A stretch of 60,715 bases of DNA, filler included, from Sphacelaria rigidula (Eukaryota), in NCBI GenBank assembly GCA_964200075.2. It is 3 parts of 3 records of this genome, joined end to end, with 100 filler letters (N's around TTAATTAATTAA, not from the genome) between each part and the next. Parts side by side here need not be neighbours in the genome. Positions count along the whole stretch, not along the records: positions 1 to 20,196 come from CAXNAA020000559.1; positions 20,297 to 40,462 come from CAXNAA020000561.1; 1 more part is not named here. One strand, given 5' to 3'. This document shows, in pieces, positions 14,101 to 25,330 of this stretch. The notes under the pieces were generated by a model, which worked only from the letters and a program-made list of their open reading frames with translations, ran no database searches and was not told the origin of the DNA. The position numbers were made by a program, and so were the translations under genes. Each line of letters starts with the position of its first letter. The stretch's first letter is position 1.

Positions 14101-16211
14101 AAGATGACAATATCGGTATGTATATATGTGTGATGTCGTAAAGAGAAAGGGCGCTCATGACTACGTACCGTTGTAAAGTATTTTGCTGACTTTTGCTGCG
14201 CTGCGTTGCATTGCACACTTACCGCATTGGATCAGCTGTACGTGAAATTTTGACGTTTCGGTTGCGTTTGAACGGGGTCAGTGTGGACAAAACATCATAG
14301 ATCCACCTTCTTTTTATTTTGTCGGACTTTGAGGTTGGACGTGCTACCACTGAAAATCTCATGAAGGAGCTGATATCGTAGGGGGTTCCGTGATGAAATT
14401 TGAAAGCAGCCAATCGCATTTGTCTAGCTGCGTACGAGCCTCGGTCCATTTTCCCCAATTTTATTTTTTTCGACTTACCTTGGAGAGTTTCTGGATTTGC
14501 CACACTTACTGTGAAATAATCTAAACCGTAGTGTGCGGCCCTCGTACCACCGTCCCACCTACGGGACAAGGGCGTCCCTCGCAACGGTACTGTATTTCAC
14601 GGCTGCTACCCTGACTATCACGTGTATAAGCATACTCCGAGTATCTCTGAAATCAATCAACACGATTTGTGGAACCATTCACGCACGGTCTTATCGCTGA
14701 ACAGACATGCTTCTTCCAACCGCAACACCCACCCAGGTGGACCGGGTCCCGGGGCATACCAGTCCCCACAATTTACGGCCAGATCAGCCAAAAATATCAC
14801 TTTTGGCCGTTGCATCCGACCGGCCGGATGGTCTGCCAAGATACGAGATATTGTCCGTATTTCATGCGAAGTGAATGGCGATTCAGGGAAAGATGCTGGC
14901 AGATCAACAAGGAGCTCACCACGTAAACGAATATCGTCGGTCATGGTCGACCGCTTCTACCGCAGCCGGAACCGCCGGCGCCGTGGTCGTCGTCCCTCCT
15001 CGGCACCGGCATCATACCGTCTTCTACGCGCCTGTGCGCGTGGACGGAGGCACCAACACCCTCACCCAAACCGGCACCCGAACGATGTAGAAGAACGACG
15101 ACGGCCGATCGCCCAAGTGATCAAGGAGGCCGGACGACGACGTAAGGACCAGGCACACGTGCGAGCAATCCACGGTCGATGTCCCGGCCGCGGAGCAGCT
15201 CGCCCCGCTGCCCGAGGCGGCGGCGCTAGCGCGTTTCCTCTGAAAGGGGCCGTATTCGGTACCTCACCACAGAGACCACGGGAAAGACCGTTATCCGCCG
15301 GCCCGGCCACATACCGCCCGTCAACCCTGGACGAGGCCGCCCGAAACGGTAGAGTGTTAGGTATAGGCGGGAAATCTGGGCGCGATCTGTTCTCCCCACC
15401 ACCCGACACTCCCGGTCCGGATCGGTACTCCCCGGGCGTGCTGCAAGGACCAGCAGTCGCCGCTGGTCGCTCTCGGATGATAGCAGAAGGTCAAGGGATA
15501 GCGTCAAGGCTACCCACGGGTGAAGCAGAATTAACAGACATTTGTGATAATGGCGTAAACAAGGGCAGCGCCCGTGTAAGCGGTTTTAGTTCGAGAGTCC
15601 CCGCCATCGCCACGTCGCCAACCACATTCGGATCATCTGAGCGTTTCCCAAGGGACCCCGAGCGCGCTCTGAGACCTGGAGTCGGAGACTACGACCTTCG
15701 CTCTGCTGAAACACAAGCTCCGGGAGCGGCGGGCGCTACAACCCTCCCGATAACCTTTGGCCGCCGACAAGACCCCGTGATGAGCGCGCCGTACAATCCA
15801 TCCCTCAACCGTTACCTTCGGGCGGATACAAAATCAACCCCGAGTCCCCACGCTTACCGACCCGAATCCGCTGCCGGCGGTGGAGGGGCCCGCGGGGCGG
15901 GGGGACACGCATGTTCACCTCCGGCATGGTCTTTCGGCCGCAAGCGAAAAGATCCGTGTCTACCGGCTGGTCCTGGGCCCGGCCGTACTTATTTCGGGTA
16001 TCAGCCAAGTTCGCCGGCTGTTAGGTTCCGTGTTGCACGCGCGGCAACGCGCGGGATTGTGTCTGGAGTACCATGGGAAGAGAATGTGGAGAGATTGAGA
16101 CGTGGTGAGGCGGGGGGGGTGGATGCAAAGTTGTATCTGCCTGGTAAAACGAGGTTTGGTGACAGGACGTACATGAGGGCAAGGAAGGTGCCTGTGCCTC
16201 GCCGTGGGTGA
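3261..16211 (+). CDS. Sperm-tail PG-rich (SHIPPO/ODF3/STPG-like) repeat protein; model join(3261..3517,3915..4132,13831..14115,14737..16211), 5' end uncertain
   Basis: Repeated P-G-P-G-x-Y motifs preceded by (W/F)(S/T)F(G) motifs: SPSWTFG..PGPGTY, AGPGAY..PAFSI..SPGPGQY, GPGPGAY, AGPATY, TPGPDRY, PGVGDY, TPSPHAY, PAWSFG..GPGPGRTY. GT-AG junctions 4133/13830 and 14116/14736 are both phase 1 and keep the frame. Stop TGA at 16209-16211. The first exon (phase 2 junction 3518/3914) is less certain. Confidence 0.8.
4250..4520 (+). mobile_element. SINE family A, 5'-truncated copy ending in (CA)n
   Basis: ccatgcccaacagtggagagcg...gtgacccggctggtgcgcccacatataccg...acacacacac aligns with 40995-41250. 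Confidence 0.85.
4620..8450 (-). mobile_element. Decayed Ty1/copia LTR retrotransposon (gag-PR-IN-RT remnants) inside an intron
   Basis: Copia domain order on the minus strand. gag-like region (7314-8400). Protease-like region LSIKGFESLTL..VTHVPTLDLRIFSLRAA (6499-6819). GAG-pre-integrase AKAMGVELEGKLEP..DLCGPK..SVGG (6172-6411). Integrase MWMYF..SDTTE..LADVRA..VPSTVEC..SD.G.EF (5884-6159). RDSMRVLT..NVTW (~5620-5680). RT fragments CVFR..LLTAHVDG and IFQSSFVEKIIDKFEV (4620-4930). Many stops and frameshifts; no LTRs identified. Confidence 0.85.
5152..5190. repeat. (CTG)n/(CAG)n microsatellite
   Basis: About 12 uninterrupted TGC units. Confidence 0.95.
9212..9464 (+). mobile_element. MITE family C (GAC...GTC terminal inverted repeats)
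   Basis: Ends gacaatttctacgat / atcgtaaacgtgtc, flanked by ACAT on both sides. Homologous along its length to 51592-51856 and 47340-47559. Confidence 0.85.
11709..11782. repeat. Interstitial telomere-like repeat (CCCTAA)n/(CACTAA)n
   Basis: taaccc x4, then cactaa x5, then ccctggccctaaccc. Confidence 0.85.
12939..13418 (-). mobile_element. Full-length SINE family A with an expanded (CA)n-derived tail
   Basis: The reverse complement begins gccggtcgccccggTGGCTCAGTTGG (A box) ... GGTTCGAATCT (B box). The body matches the other copies. The tail is a ~120-bp compound (TG)n tract at 12939-13060. Confidence 0.9.
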
Positions 16212-16439
16212 GGTGACGGTCGCGGGGGGCTGGCGGGGGCAGGTCTTCGTTTATATTTGTACTGCAGTACCCCTTATCTATCGAAAAGGGGCGGAGAGCT
16301 GTAGTCTTCAGTCGGTCTCATCATTAGCCTGCGGTAGAAGCCGTGACTTCATTTGGCCACTACAAAAAGAATTGGATCCTGGGTTGATTTTCCTACTGTA
16401 GTCACCTCAACTCTTCCTGAGATGCGTTTGGGTTTTTGT

Positions 16440-16640
16440 TTTTGGAGTAGTCGACTTCCACCGTTGAAAGCGTGAGGGCGTGAGCAACAAACGTAGTTTG
16501 ACTGAGTTCGTTTGACGAGAGATAACGCGGTGCGGGAGCATTGATCCAATCCGCGAGACCAAAATGGCAGGCGGTTACAAAGGGAGAGATGAGATGATCC
16601 CTGGAGACCACGGATTCGTCCCGAGGAAGGGAAGGAATTA
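16440..16640 (+). mobile_element. Repeat family D (putative SINE) body and 3' end
   Basis: gatccaatccgcgagaccaaa...gatccctggagaccacggattcgtcccgaggaaggg is shared with 51030-51220, 56240-56420, 48660-48820 and 42570-42700(-). Confidence 0.7.
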
Positions 16641-17194
16641 GACGTGACAAGAAACTAAAAGGAGGCTGTGTTCCATCCCTTAGTGTAGACGCAGACGAGT
16701 CGCTGCGATTGTGTAATGGATAGCGGGACTGAATGACTCGGGATAGGATTGGCACTAGTACTCGTTCGTCTTGAAGCTATCGGGTGTTAACTTTTAACTT
16801 TGGGAATACTGCGTGTTCAAATAATAACGAGTACTTCCCGAACGGCAAGCACACCTCTCAAATACTCACTATAACTGGGCAGGTATATGGTTAAAAAAAG
16901 TTATCTGTGAATGCTATCGGCAACTTGTATGGTGGTTACTGAGAGAATATTCGTGAGGTATGTGTGTGTATACATCGAAAGAGAAAATTAGGTAGGAGGG
17001 GGTAGTTGCTCACCCACCACGAGCTAGTTCGTGTGATACACTTGAACGGCGTCGCTACGTCTTTTGTCAAAATATGTTCTCCAACGCAGAATGCGTGCTT
17101 CGCAGCCAAACGTGGACCTGGCTACTTATCCCCATACCGTATCATCATTTAAGGAAGAAAACTTCTCCCGACAGTAGTACTGAAATGCACCGAT

Positions 17195-17900
17195 GTTGTC
17201 AGTATTGTTGTTGCTGTTGTTATTGTTGTTGTTGTTGTTGTTGTTGTTATTGCTGTTGTTGTTGTCGTCCTCGTTGTCCTCGTCGTCCTCGTCGTTTCTC
17301 ACATTAGCCCTTTTCCAGAAGTCTAGCGCCCGTGATCACAAAATCATGGCACAAAAAGGCAGAAATAAGCAAGACCAAACTAATACGCCCACGAGCAGGA
17401 AATCACACTAAAACAAGGAACAAAATGTCGGCGATATGGTACGCGGGCCATAAGAGGCCACAAAGCGAAGACAAGGAAACTGCATAGACCGGTATTCCGA
17501 GTAAGTCAGGAGAGGATGAGGGCAAGGCAAGACAGGACAAGCCAGGGAAAGGCTAGATGCAACGATGCGACGAGGGCCAAAGGATAGTAGGATCCAAGAA
17601 CGAGCCTACCAAAATGGGGAAGGTGAGGAACGAGGCAGACCAGAACAGAATACGACACGACAGAAAAAAAGCAAAGGAAACAAAAACATACCAAAGCAAG
17701 AACAATGGAACAAAAAGAAAAGATGAAGGAGAAGAATGGGAAGGAGGATGCTATGCTAAGTTCTACAGCTCCGGAGACCATTGTGTTTGCACTACCCCAA
17801 GGCGCAGGCGTCATGAACAGGAAACCAACGTGATTTTCGCGGCCGGCTCTACGGTGATGCTTCAACACATATTACACACCCGAGCGCATCCCACGCGGAG
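17195..17900 (-). mobile_element. RTE-like LINE 3' UTR remnant with (CAA)n tail
   Basis: The minus strand reads ttgtgatcacggg...gctaatgtgagaa followed by (cga/caa)n, the same terminal motif as 2212-2265 and 54380-54468. Confidence 0.65.
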
Positions 17901-19821
17901 ATGCAACACACAGAGGTGATTGCGGAAAAACAAGGTTAAAGGCTTCTCACTACACCATCTACCCTCCTTGAACTACCTAGGACCTCATACGATACGTCTT
18001 TCCTGGGAAGGTAGCCGATTTATGTACGCAAGAATCTGACCAGGAAAAACAAAAGACCCGAAGGACCGCAACAGAAACTGCAGGTTTACCCCGCTCGATC
18101 GCTACAACTGCGAGCGAGCAAGACCAAAACCGGGGACATGCAGCGTCTACAACAGGAATATCCATCACATGATGGAGAAAATTAAACGTCTGGTTTGGCG
18201 ACCCGAATTCCTTTTTCCGTCGTTGACAGAAACTCAAAACTAGGTTACACGGTACAGACGATCCTCTTTAACCTTTCGACCCCAAGGATGGTTTTCATCT
18301 GTTCAATCGATGTCATTTTCACTTGGAAAAATGATTTTCGACCCGGACGACTCACCTCCTTGCTCAAAAGGTTGAAGTCACATACCGTGTACCAGAAACC
18401 TTCTGACCTTGCCAGGCTCATTTTCTTCAAACCTGAGAGTCCGTCTGGGTTTCGTCCAATCGAAGGTCCTTCATACAGGAAAGGAGCTGTCAACGTTCAA
18501 ACGTTTGAACCTAACCACCGCCCGATGCCCGTGCTTTCCCGCATGTCTTGTGTTAGAACAAACGATAATTTAGTCACCTATGTCAGCCCCTCTGGATACG
18601 CCTCCACTGCAGGAAATCTAACCGACGACGATACGGCAGTCAAGTGCTCAACTCCCCTACACCTCATCCCGACTGTTGTTCACGCTCATACTGACACGAA
18701 GCAATTTTGACACCAATACTTATATGCAATCAAATAGTACTTGTATACCGTCCCCCGTACCCACCCCACCCCACCCTGCCCTGCCCTGCCCCATAAATCT
18801 GCATCCCGACCCCTTCGACTATGCACTTTCAGAAGCACTGAGCACCAACACCGTGTCTGTAACCGTCTGGCACCAACGTGGTAGGGTTCCTTATTTGAGT
18901 AATAAATACGTGGTGGCGGCTAATTAAGACACAACAGGGACCACAAATGGACAAACAACCTCACTTCTGGGGAGCACATTCAGGAGTGTTGGCCAGCCTT
19001 GTTTAGCAACCCTTCGTACGATGCAATGAACGTTCGACAGAACCAGAGCTTGTCAGAGTTCACCTGAACATATATGCCCATCTGAGCACAATTGTTCACA
19101 GAGCAACCCATCCCGATGCACGGGAAGCTGTATTGGTGTAACTTCCCCGAGCCTGACCGCTTCAGAGGATAGAGCGACGAAGCACAGAGTAGTGCACCAC
19201 TCTCCAGAACAGCGCTAGGCCGATGAGGACTCCGCACCACGCTGCGACGCTTACATTCGCAATATCTGTGCCGCCATTGCTACTCAGGGAGTCCAGGACC
19301 TGCGAAAAGCAACGAGTCAAACGGTGTGATGACCCGCGGATCAGAGAAGAAAACGACGACAAGGTGCGCCGGAATCATTTGGATCAGATTTTGTATGATG
19401 AAATGTCTGACCAAAACACCCGGGTTCTGTAAACCTTCAACAGAGCAGCAGGAAATTAGTTGAGACGTGAACCTCCGGGCCCTTTTAAGCCTCATGTACC
19501 GTCATGCTTTCGAATTCGATCCTCCCACCGAAGGGAGCTTGAGGAGGTCACGTTTGACTAACCTCTTCACCCGTTACTCCGTAGCACACCGTGCAGTCGT
19601 CGATGCCGCTGTATGTCTGACCCTCAAACACCACCTTCGCCAAAGCTTCCCACGCGTACCTGGAAACAACACACGGCGATATGTGACGACAGTGGTCCCA
19701 CGCCCGAAGGGGGTGTCTGCAGTGGTACTTTACGTATCACTTTACGAAACGAAATGTGGAATCAAAGCTCGGTTATGTTTCACATCATTAGTTCATCAGC
19801 TTCTCCGCACTATGCTATGCA

Positions 19822-19934
19822 GCCGGTTGCCCCGATGGCTCAGTTGGTAACCTCGAATCCTTCCGACGGTTGAGTCGTGACTTTTAATCTCGGTGAAGTT
19901 ACACGGTTCGGGATTTTTCTCACACCATGCCCAT
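19822..19934 (+). mobile_element. SINE family A head (3'-truncated)
   Basis: gccggttgccccgaTGGCTCAGTTGGtaacctcgaatcc...cacaccatgccca. Confidence 0.85.
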
Positions 19935-20196
19935 GAGGGTGCCCGGGTTTGTTTGTTTGTTTGTTTGTTTTGAGCTGAACCCCTAACATGGTGGCCATAC
20001 TACTCTCCGTGTGTCACATGTCTTTTCCTGTTTTGTCATTTATTATCTCTCTCCCTTTTTCTTTCGGTGTACACTTTTGACAGATCTGGCGTTTGTTGTT
20101 TGTTTGTTTGCGTTTCTTTCTTTCTTTTCTCTCCCCTTCGAACTCGGGGGAGCTACTTCTAACCGGTTTTCGTGGCGTCGCTCTTCTTATTTTTTC

Positions 20197-20296
20197 NNNN
20201 NNNNNNNNNNNNNNNNNNNNNNNNNNNNNNNNNNNNNNNNTTAATTAATTAANNNNNNNNNNNNNNNNNNNNNNNNNNNNNNNNNNNNNNNNNNNN
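20197..20296. other. Artificial contig linker N44-TTAATTAATTAA-N44
   Basis: Exactly 100 bp, with a six-frame stop cassette at 20241-20252. An identical linker lies at 40463-40562. Confidence 0.98.
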
Positions 20297-20721
20297 AAGT
20301 GTGGGGAAAGCACTGTTTTAGGCTTGAGCCTCATCTCGAAGTTAAACCTCAATTCTCACAATTTGTTGTTATAGATGATCGGCTGTTGAAAGCTGTCACC
20401 TACACGATCAATTTGACACATCACTTGATCGCAACGACGTAGTCAGTCCATTGCAACAAAAGATCCCCTCTTCTTGCAGGAAAAACCGATTATTAGTGCC
20501 TGAAAAAGTTTCAGGCCGAAATGCCCCCCCCAGGCGTAAAAATACTCTGTGCGGTATCTCACCAACCAGACCGCCGAATTCCTCGAATGGGGTACTGTAC
20601 GGTAGCTGCATGCACAGAACGTGTGCTCAAGCAAAAAAAAAAGTTGCCTATAAGGAACGCTAGAGCATCCACTCTGAATTCGATATTACGCTCTGAATCT
20701 CACGAATATGTTGTTTAATTA

Positions 20722-21060
20722 ATGTGTGTGCTATTGTCCCATCTATTCTGGACGCCAGTCTACACTTTTCGGTATATGTGGGCGCACCATCCATCCGGGG
20801 TCACACAGGAGGAAGGTCAACACAGAAGTTTTTCTGTGTTTGTTTGTTTTTCGTACTCCATCTTGCTTCTGCGGTGCTTGCCTTTGTATTTTATCGCGAG
20901 AGGTGTTCAGCAGCCCCTTTCCTTCTTCGACCGTCAGGTCAAATTTTGCGTACCCACGACATAGTCGCTCTCCACTGTTGGGCATGGTGTGAGAAAAAAA
21001 TCCCAGATCCCTCCGAGACTTGAACCCACGACCCAACCGTTGGAAGGTTTCGAGGTTACC
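20722..21060 (-). mobile_element. SINE family A (A box lost)
   Basis: Aligns with 40915-41250 in reverse orientation; short (CA)n tail at 20722-20730. Confidence 0.88.
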
Positions 21061-21390
21061 CGCATTTCGAAAAATCTCACAGGACCATTCATTGATGTCA
21101 AGTGAAAAAAACGACATAGATAGTTATATCTGGGCTTGATATATCTCCTCGAAGAAAATGAGCGATCTCCGAGAAAAATGCAAGTTTGAGCAGGAAAAAC
21201 TGCGGTCACTGGAAGAACGCACAGGTGTGCTGGAACTGTCTCAACGATTACAACAAGGAATTCCAAGATGTCAACATCCGCCTAGCTCTTATTTTTACTC
21301 TACTCTCTTTTACGGTGTAAAACACGCAGAAGCTCCAAAAAGGCAGTTTTCCAGACTTTCGTTTTTGTTTGCCAAAAGAAGCGGCATTAA

Positions 21391-21488
21391 CCCTTGGACC
21401 GTGAGGTTAGTCTTTCTGGATCATGCACACTTTTTTTCACTTGAAATTGATGCCGATTCAACAGAAGACTAACCTCGCGGTCTAAGGG
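21391..21488. mobile_element. piggyBac-type MITE (98 bp)
   Basis: TTAA on both flanks (21387-21390, 21489-21492), CCC...GGG termini, and ~27-bp TIRs cccttggaccgtgaggttagtctttctg / cagaagactaacctcgcggtctaaggg. Confidence 0.9.
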
Positions 21489-21559
21489 TTAACGGTGAAC
21501 ATTTCGTTAGAATCTCACAGGACTATCGGGTGCCGACGTGAGAGGCTGGAGCAATGTAA

Positions 21560-21796
21560 CGGTAGGGGTGCACTTTTTTCGCGAAATTATGTCTAGTTCG
21601 GGGGCTCCTAATGATTCTACATGCACAAAAATATGGGTCAGGTCAACCCCGTTTGCAAATTCATTCGGGATATCCCCAGCACAATGGAGTAGTAATCCTG
21701 GCGTACTTTCATAATTGTTCGTAGGTCGTGTTTTGCATGAGATAGAGGGCTCCTAATAATTCCAACCTCAGAAAATATATGTGCACACCCCTACCG
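21560..21796. mobile_element. Putative MITE with cggtaggggtg TIRs
   Basis: cggtaggggtgcac at the left and gtgcacacccctaccg at the right. Internal direct repeat gggctcctaat.attc at ~21602 and ~21747. Confidence 0.65.
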
Positions 21797-23039
21797 TAGC
21801 ATTACTCGCTGACAGAACTCCCAGAGGTGCCGGGTACGGGTAATTGCCGGGTAAATTCCGCGGGTGTACAAAAAATCCTACCCTACAAAATACAACCTTG
21901 CAAATAGGAACCTCCTTCCGTTTTTATACCGCAAGGGAGATAATTGGACGCTCATTGGTTGAGACGATTGCTTGGCGCAAATCGAGATTCGCCTCCGACG
22001 TGTCGGTGCGGAAGATACTATAACGCGAACCTGGCTGCTTCACCAACGAAACGATCATCCACTATCCGAACTTCGTCCTTGAGTTCGTGGAAACGAGGAA
22101 GAGAGATTAGCGCCAATCAGGCCACCGCGGTCCATGAGCACGTCAAAGCAAAGCGACAAGCAAACGGACGATATCCATGAGACTGAGCGGCACATCTTCC
22201 AGCGGCAGTGACAGTGAGTATGAGTGTATTGTCACAGCACCAACCGTCACGTCTGACAACTCACGCGACAACTCACAGGACTCAGCTACGGCGAAAACGA
22301 GAAACTAGTGGGTGCAGATATTCGGGCAGCCGAGAATTGTTGCAGCACAGCGAAACTGCGGCGTTCGCTCGCCATAAGTCCATTTGAATAAACCCGATTC
22401 ACATGCTGAAGCAGTGGGCTTCGTACGCGACCGATGTCGCATTCTCGTCGTTGAATGTTCGGAGTTGTTTTTCTTGCCATTGCCTGTGCTGGCACCAGAC
22501 ACAAAACGTACCTCAAGGTGAGCCACGCTTGCTCATTATGTGGCTTGAGTTGATGTCGGCTTCCTCCTTGCAGAGACTCACCTTGATTCACAGTGTTTCA
22601 ATAGCAACCGGTATTAGGACAGTGGCCTTAGCCGGGCACATACTAAACGTACGTGTTGCCGAGCTGATATGCCTTTCTAGGGGTAATCGATAATACATCG
22701 TCGTTGTTGTACAGGTTAGGAGAAGTGCGAGAGCAATCTACCAGCCCATCACCATAAACGTGACGATTCGTTTGTGCGCGAAGACTGCACCGACGCGAGT
22801 ATGGAATACGTGAAAGTATACTTGATGGAGTGAGTGCACAGTAGCCGAGAAAACAAGCGGCAGTGCTCTCACTGAGGCCGTGCTCTCGTGAGAGCGTTCC
22901 ACTACCACCGTGACGGGATACCCTTGAATATTTTTGTCTGCATTGCGGCACTCTCTTTGCATTGCGGTATCCTCCGGCACTACAGCGTCCCCTCACATTG
23001 CCTGCCACTACCCCAACCCCCACAGGTCGTTCTTGTCCA

Positions 23040-23425
23040 GATGGTGGTCGAGTCAGATGAGATTGTGCGGGATGGGAGAACCTCAACTCCCCGCGAAGAG
23101 GACGACCGTAACACGTAGTGTTTAATGGTGAGACATCCATGAGGCAGTGTAGCCCGTGGGTGTTTCTCGAAGTGGCGATACCAGAAAATGAAGCAACTCA
23201 TTCGAGGCTGTCATTCATATGCACGATATCAGTGAGCGTTGGGCCGAGCAATCTGGGTAGGATGTAGCTCACTATTCATTAGACTCCCCGAACATGCCAC
23301 GGCGCTTTGCGTTTGGTGATTGCGAGCCTGGTCCGGCGAAAACCCGACGTACTCCATCCGGACTTTGTAGGGATCCGCGGTCGATGGGGATATGATTATG
23401 GCATGCAAAACCCTGAGTGCACCAT
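23040..23425 (+). mobile_element. Repeat family B (non-autonomous element with a LINE-like 3' end)
   Basis: atggtgagac..atgaggcagtgt..gaagtggcgataccagaaaatgaagcaactcattcgaggctgtca..gattgcgagcctggtccggcgaaaacccg is shared with four other copies. Confidence 0.8.
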
Positions 23426-23689
23426 CTCCCTCGTATTGGTGCGGCCTCCTCCACCGCATTACGGTGTCCCCCCAGCCCACATGGAACTCGTCCAAGCAAA
23501 TAAAAAACATCGGAGATTTTATATAAAAATGGATATTGCTGCAAAGCCCCTCCCCCCTATTCTGCAATTATGCATCCGAGGCTTGGGAAACGCGGTAAAC
23601 CCACGACACTTGATGGTCTTATAGCGCGTATTTGCATCTTTGATCTGGGTGGGTTGCACGCGCGGGGGATTCTGCCGTATTGTGGGGGA

Positions 23690-24310
23690 GGGGGGGGGGC
23701 GTACTTATTTTTTGCTTGCCTTAGTCATTTGACCATTGACCACGCATCCCTTTCGAGACGGAGCACCCCTCATTTGTTGCTTGCCTTAGTCGTTTGATCA
23801 TTGACCTCGCATCCCTTTCGAGATGGATCACCGTTCCTACTCCTAATAGAGACACCTCCAACACTCCGGCGCGCCTTCCGTTTCTTCCATACACCACACG
23901 GAAACTCTTACATATCTTATCTCATCCACGTCCTGTTTCGCCGTCTCTGGCCACCATCTATCTCCTAGTATAGCCATCATTTTCTCCCTACTATCTGATG
24001 TATCAAACGATTTCATGCCATCTTCGTTCACGTCCCGCATTTCCCCCTCTAGCATGTCCCGTTCCTCTTGGCATAGTTCACTATCTGCCACTATTAATAG
24101 ATGGCTTCTGCTCTCTATTGCTTGGACACAGGAGGGCATTTCTGTGCATCAACTTCCTCCTCCGTATACGGGGGGGGATATGTACCCAGAACGGTTCTGC
24201 AGCACAGACGAAAAATCGAACGAGTACAAACCTGCCGACCGTCTGCGTTTGCGCGCATCCACGTGTGCACAATGGATAACACGAAGTGGCGACGCTCTGT
24301 ACGGGGGGCA
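23690..24310 (-). mobile_element. 3' end of a second LINE family (ORF2 C-terminus with duplicated tail)
   Basis: Encodes ESRSH..SELCQEERDMLEGEMRDVNEDGMKSFDTSDSREKMMAILGDRWWPETAKQ. Ends in gctccgtctcgaaagggatgcgtggtcaatggtcaaatgactaaggcaagcaa..agtacgccccc, present twice (23693-23770, 23772-23850). The same sequence occurs at 40418-40462, 48935-49020, 55045-55160 and 59830-59915. Confidence 0.85.
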
Positions 24311-24519
24311 AAAATTGTATGAGTTGATTGACTGATTGTCGCACATCAAGTCATCCCCGAAGGATTCAGCCGTGGTTATGAGAGAGACGTACCTAGGGTA
24401 AACAAAACGAAAACAATCGCTAAAGAAACAGGAAAATGGGAGAAAAAAAAGGGGAAGATAAAAAGAGTCTAAGCAAAATCAGAGCGAAGTAGACAAAAAT
24501 AGAAGGAAAGTGGAGGAAA

Positions 24520-24921
24520 CACACGCGGCCATTTGGCTACTCCCAAAAACCCCACCACACAAAAATTGACCCCTCCAGACGGGTCAGTTTTGTCCATGGA
24601 GGTGTTTTAATCCCTCTGGAGGGGTCAAATTTAAGCTTTCCAGAGAGATTAAACACCGCTAGAGGAATGAGTGACCTCTAGAGGGATTTCATGTTGTGTT
24701 GTATCCCCCAAAGTGCACATAATCCCTCGAGGGGAGCTACATCCCCCCCCCCCTGTAGAGTGACTTTGTGTGGGCTATTCCTCTAGCGGTGTTTCATTCC
24801 TGTGGAGGGGTTTCCTATTAAGCCTCCAGAGGGATCATACGCCTCCAGAGCCTTTTCTTCATCTAGAGGGATCAATTTTCGTGTGGAAGGAGTTTTGGGG
24901 CTAGCCAGATGGCCGCGTGTG
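24520..24921. mobile_element. CACTA/EnSpm-like MITE with multiple CCTCYAGAGGG internal repeats
   Basis: TIRs cacacgcggccatttggcta / tagccagatggccgcgtgtg. More than 10 cctc(t/c)agagg-like motifs inside. Confidence 0.85.
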
Positions 24922-24970
24922 AAGGAGAAGGACAAGCTGAAAGAAAAACTGGAAATGTAAGGAAATATAA

Positions 24971-25330
24971 CATGTGGTCAATCGGCTCTCATCCAGCGTA
25001 GTATTATTCAATCCTCAGCGTATTTCGTAATACCCTGCTGTGGTCGCTGTTGCTTGCTCCAGAGCATTTTTATTCCTGAGATCCTGTGGAAGACTTGATT
25101 TTCTCAAGAGGAATATGTAGCTTCTACAGGTTTCACACAATGAGGTATACTCGTGCTCTTGAGCAATCTTGACCCTCTAGGGGTTTTTTTCTGAAACATT
25201 GTCGACGGGCAAGCCTTGTGGCGGGTAAGTCCAGAGGAATATTTGCACTCTAGAGTATATTCATATCGTCTATTATAGAGTGTATAATATCCGCTAGAGT
25301 AATTTGAGGGGAGCCGATTGGCCACGCGTG
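24971..25330. mobile_element. Related CACTA-like MITE
   Basis: TIRs catgtggtcaatcggctc / gagccgattggccacgcgtg. TAA on both flanks. Internal ctctagag-like motifs. Confidence 0.7.
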
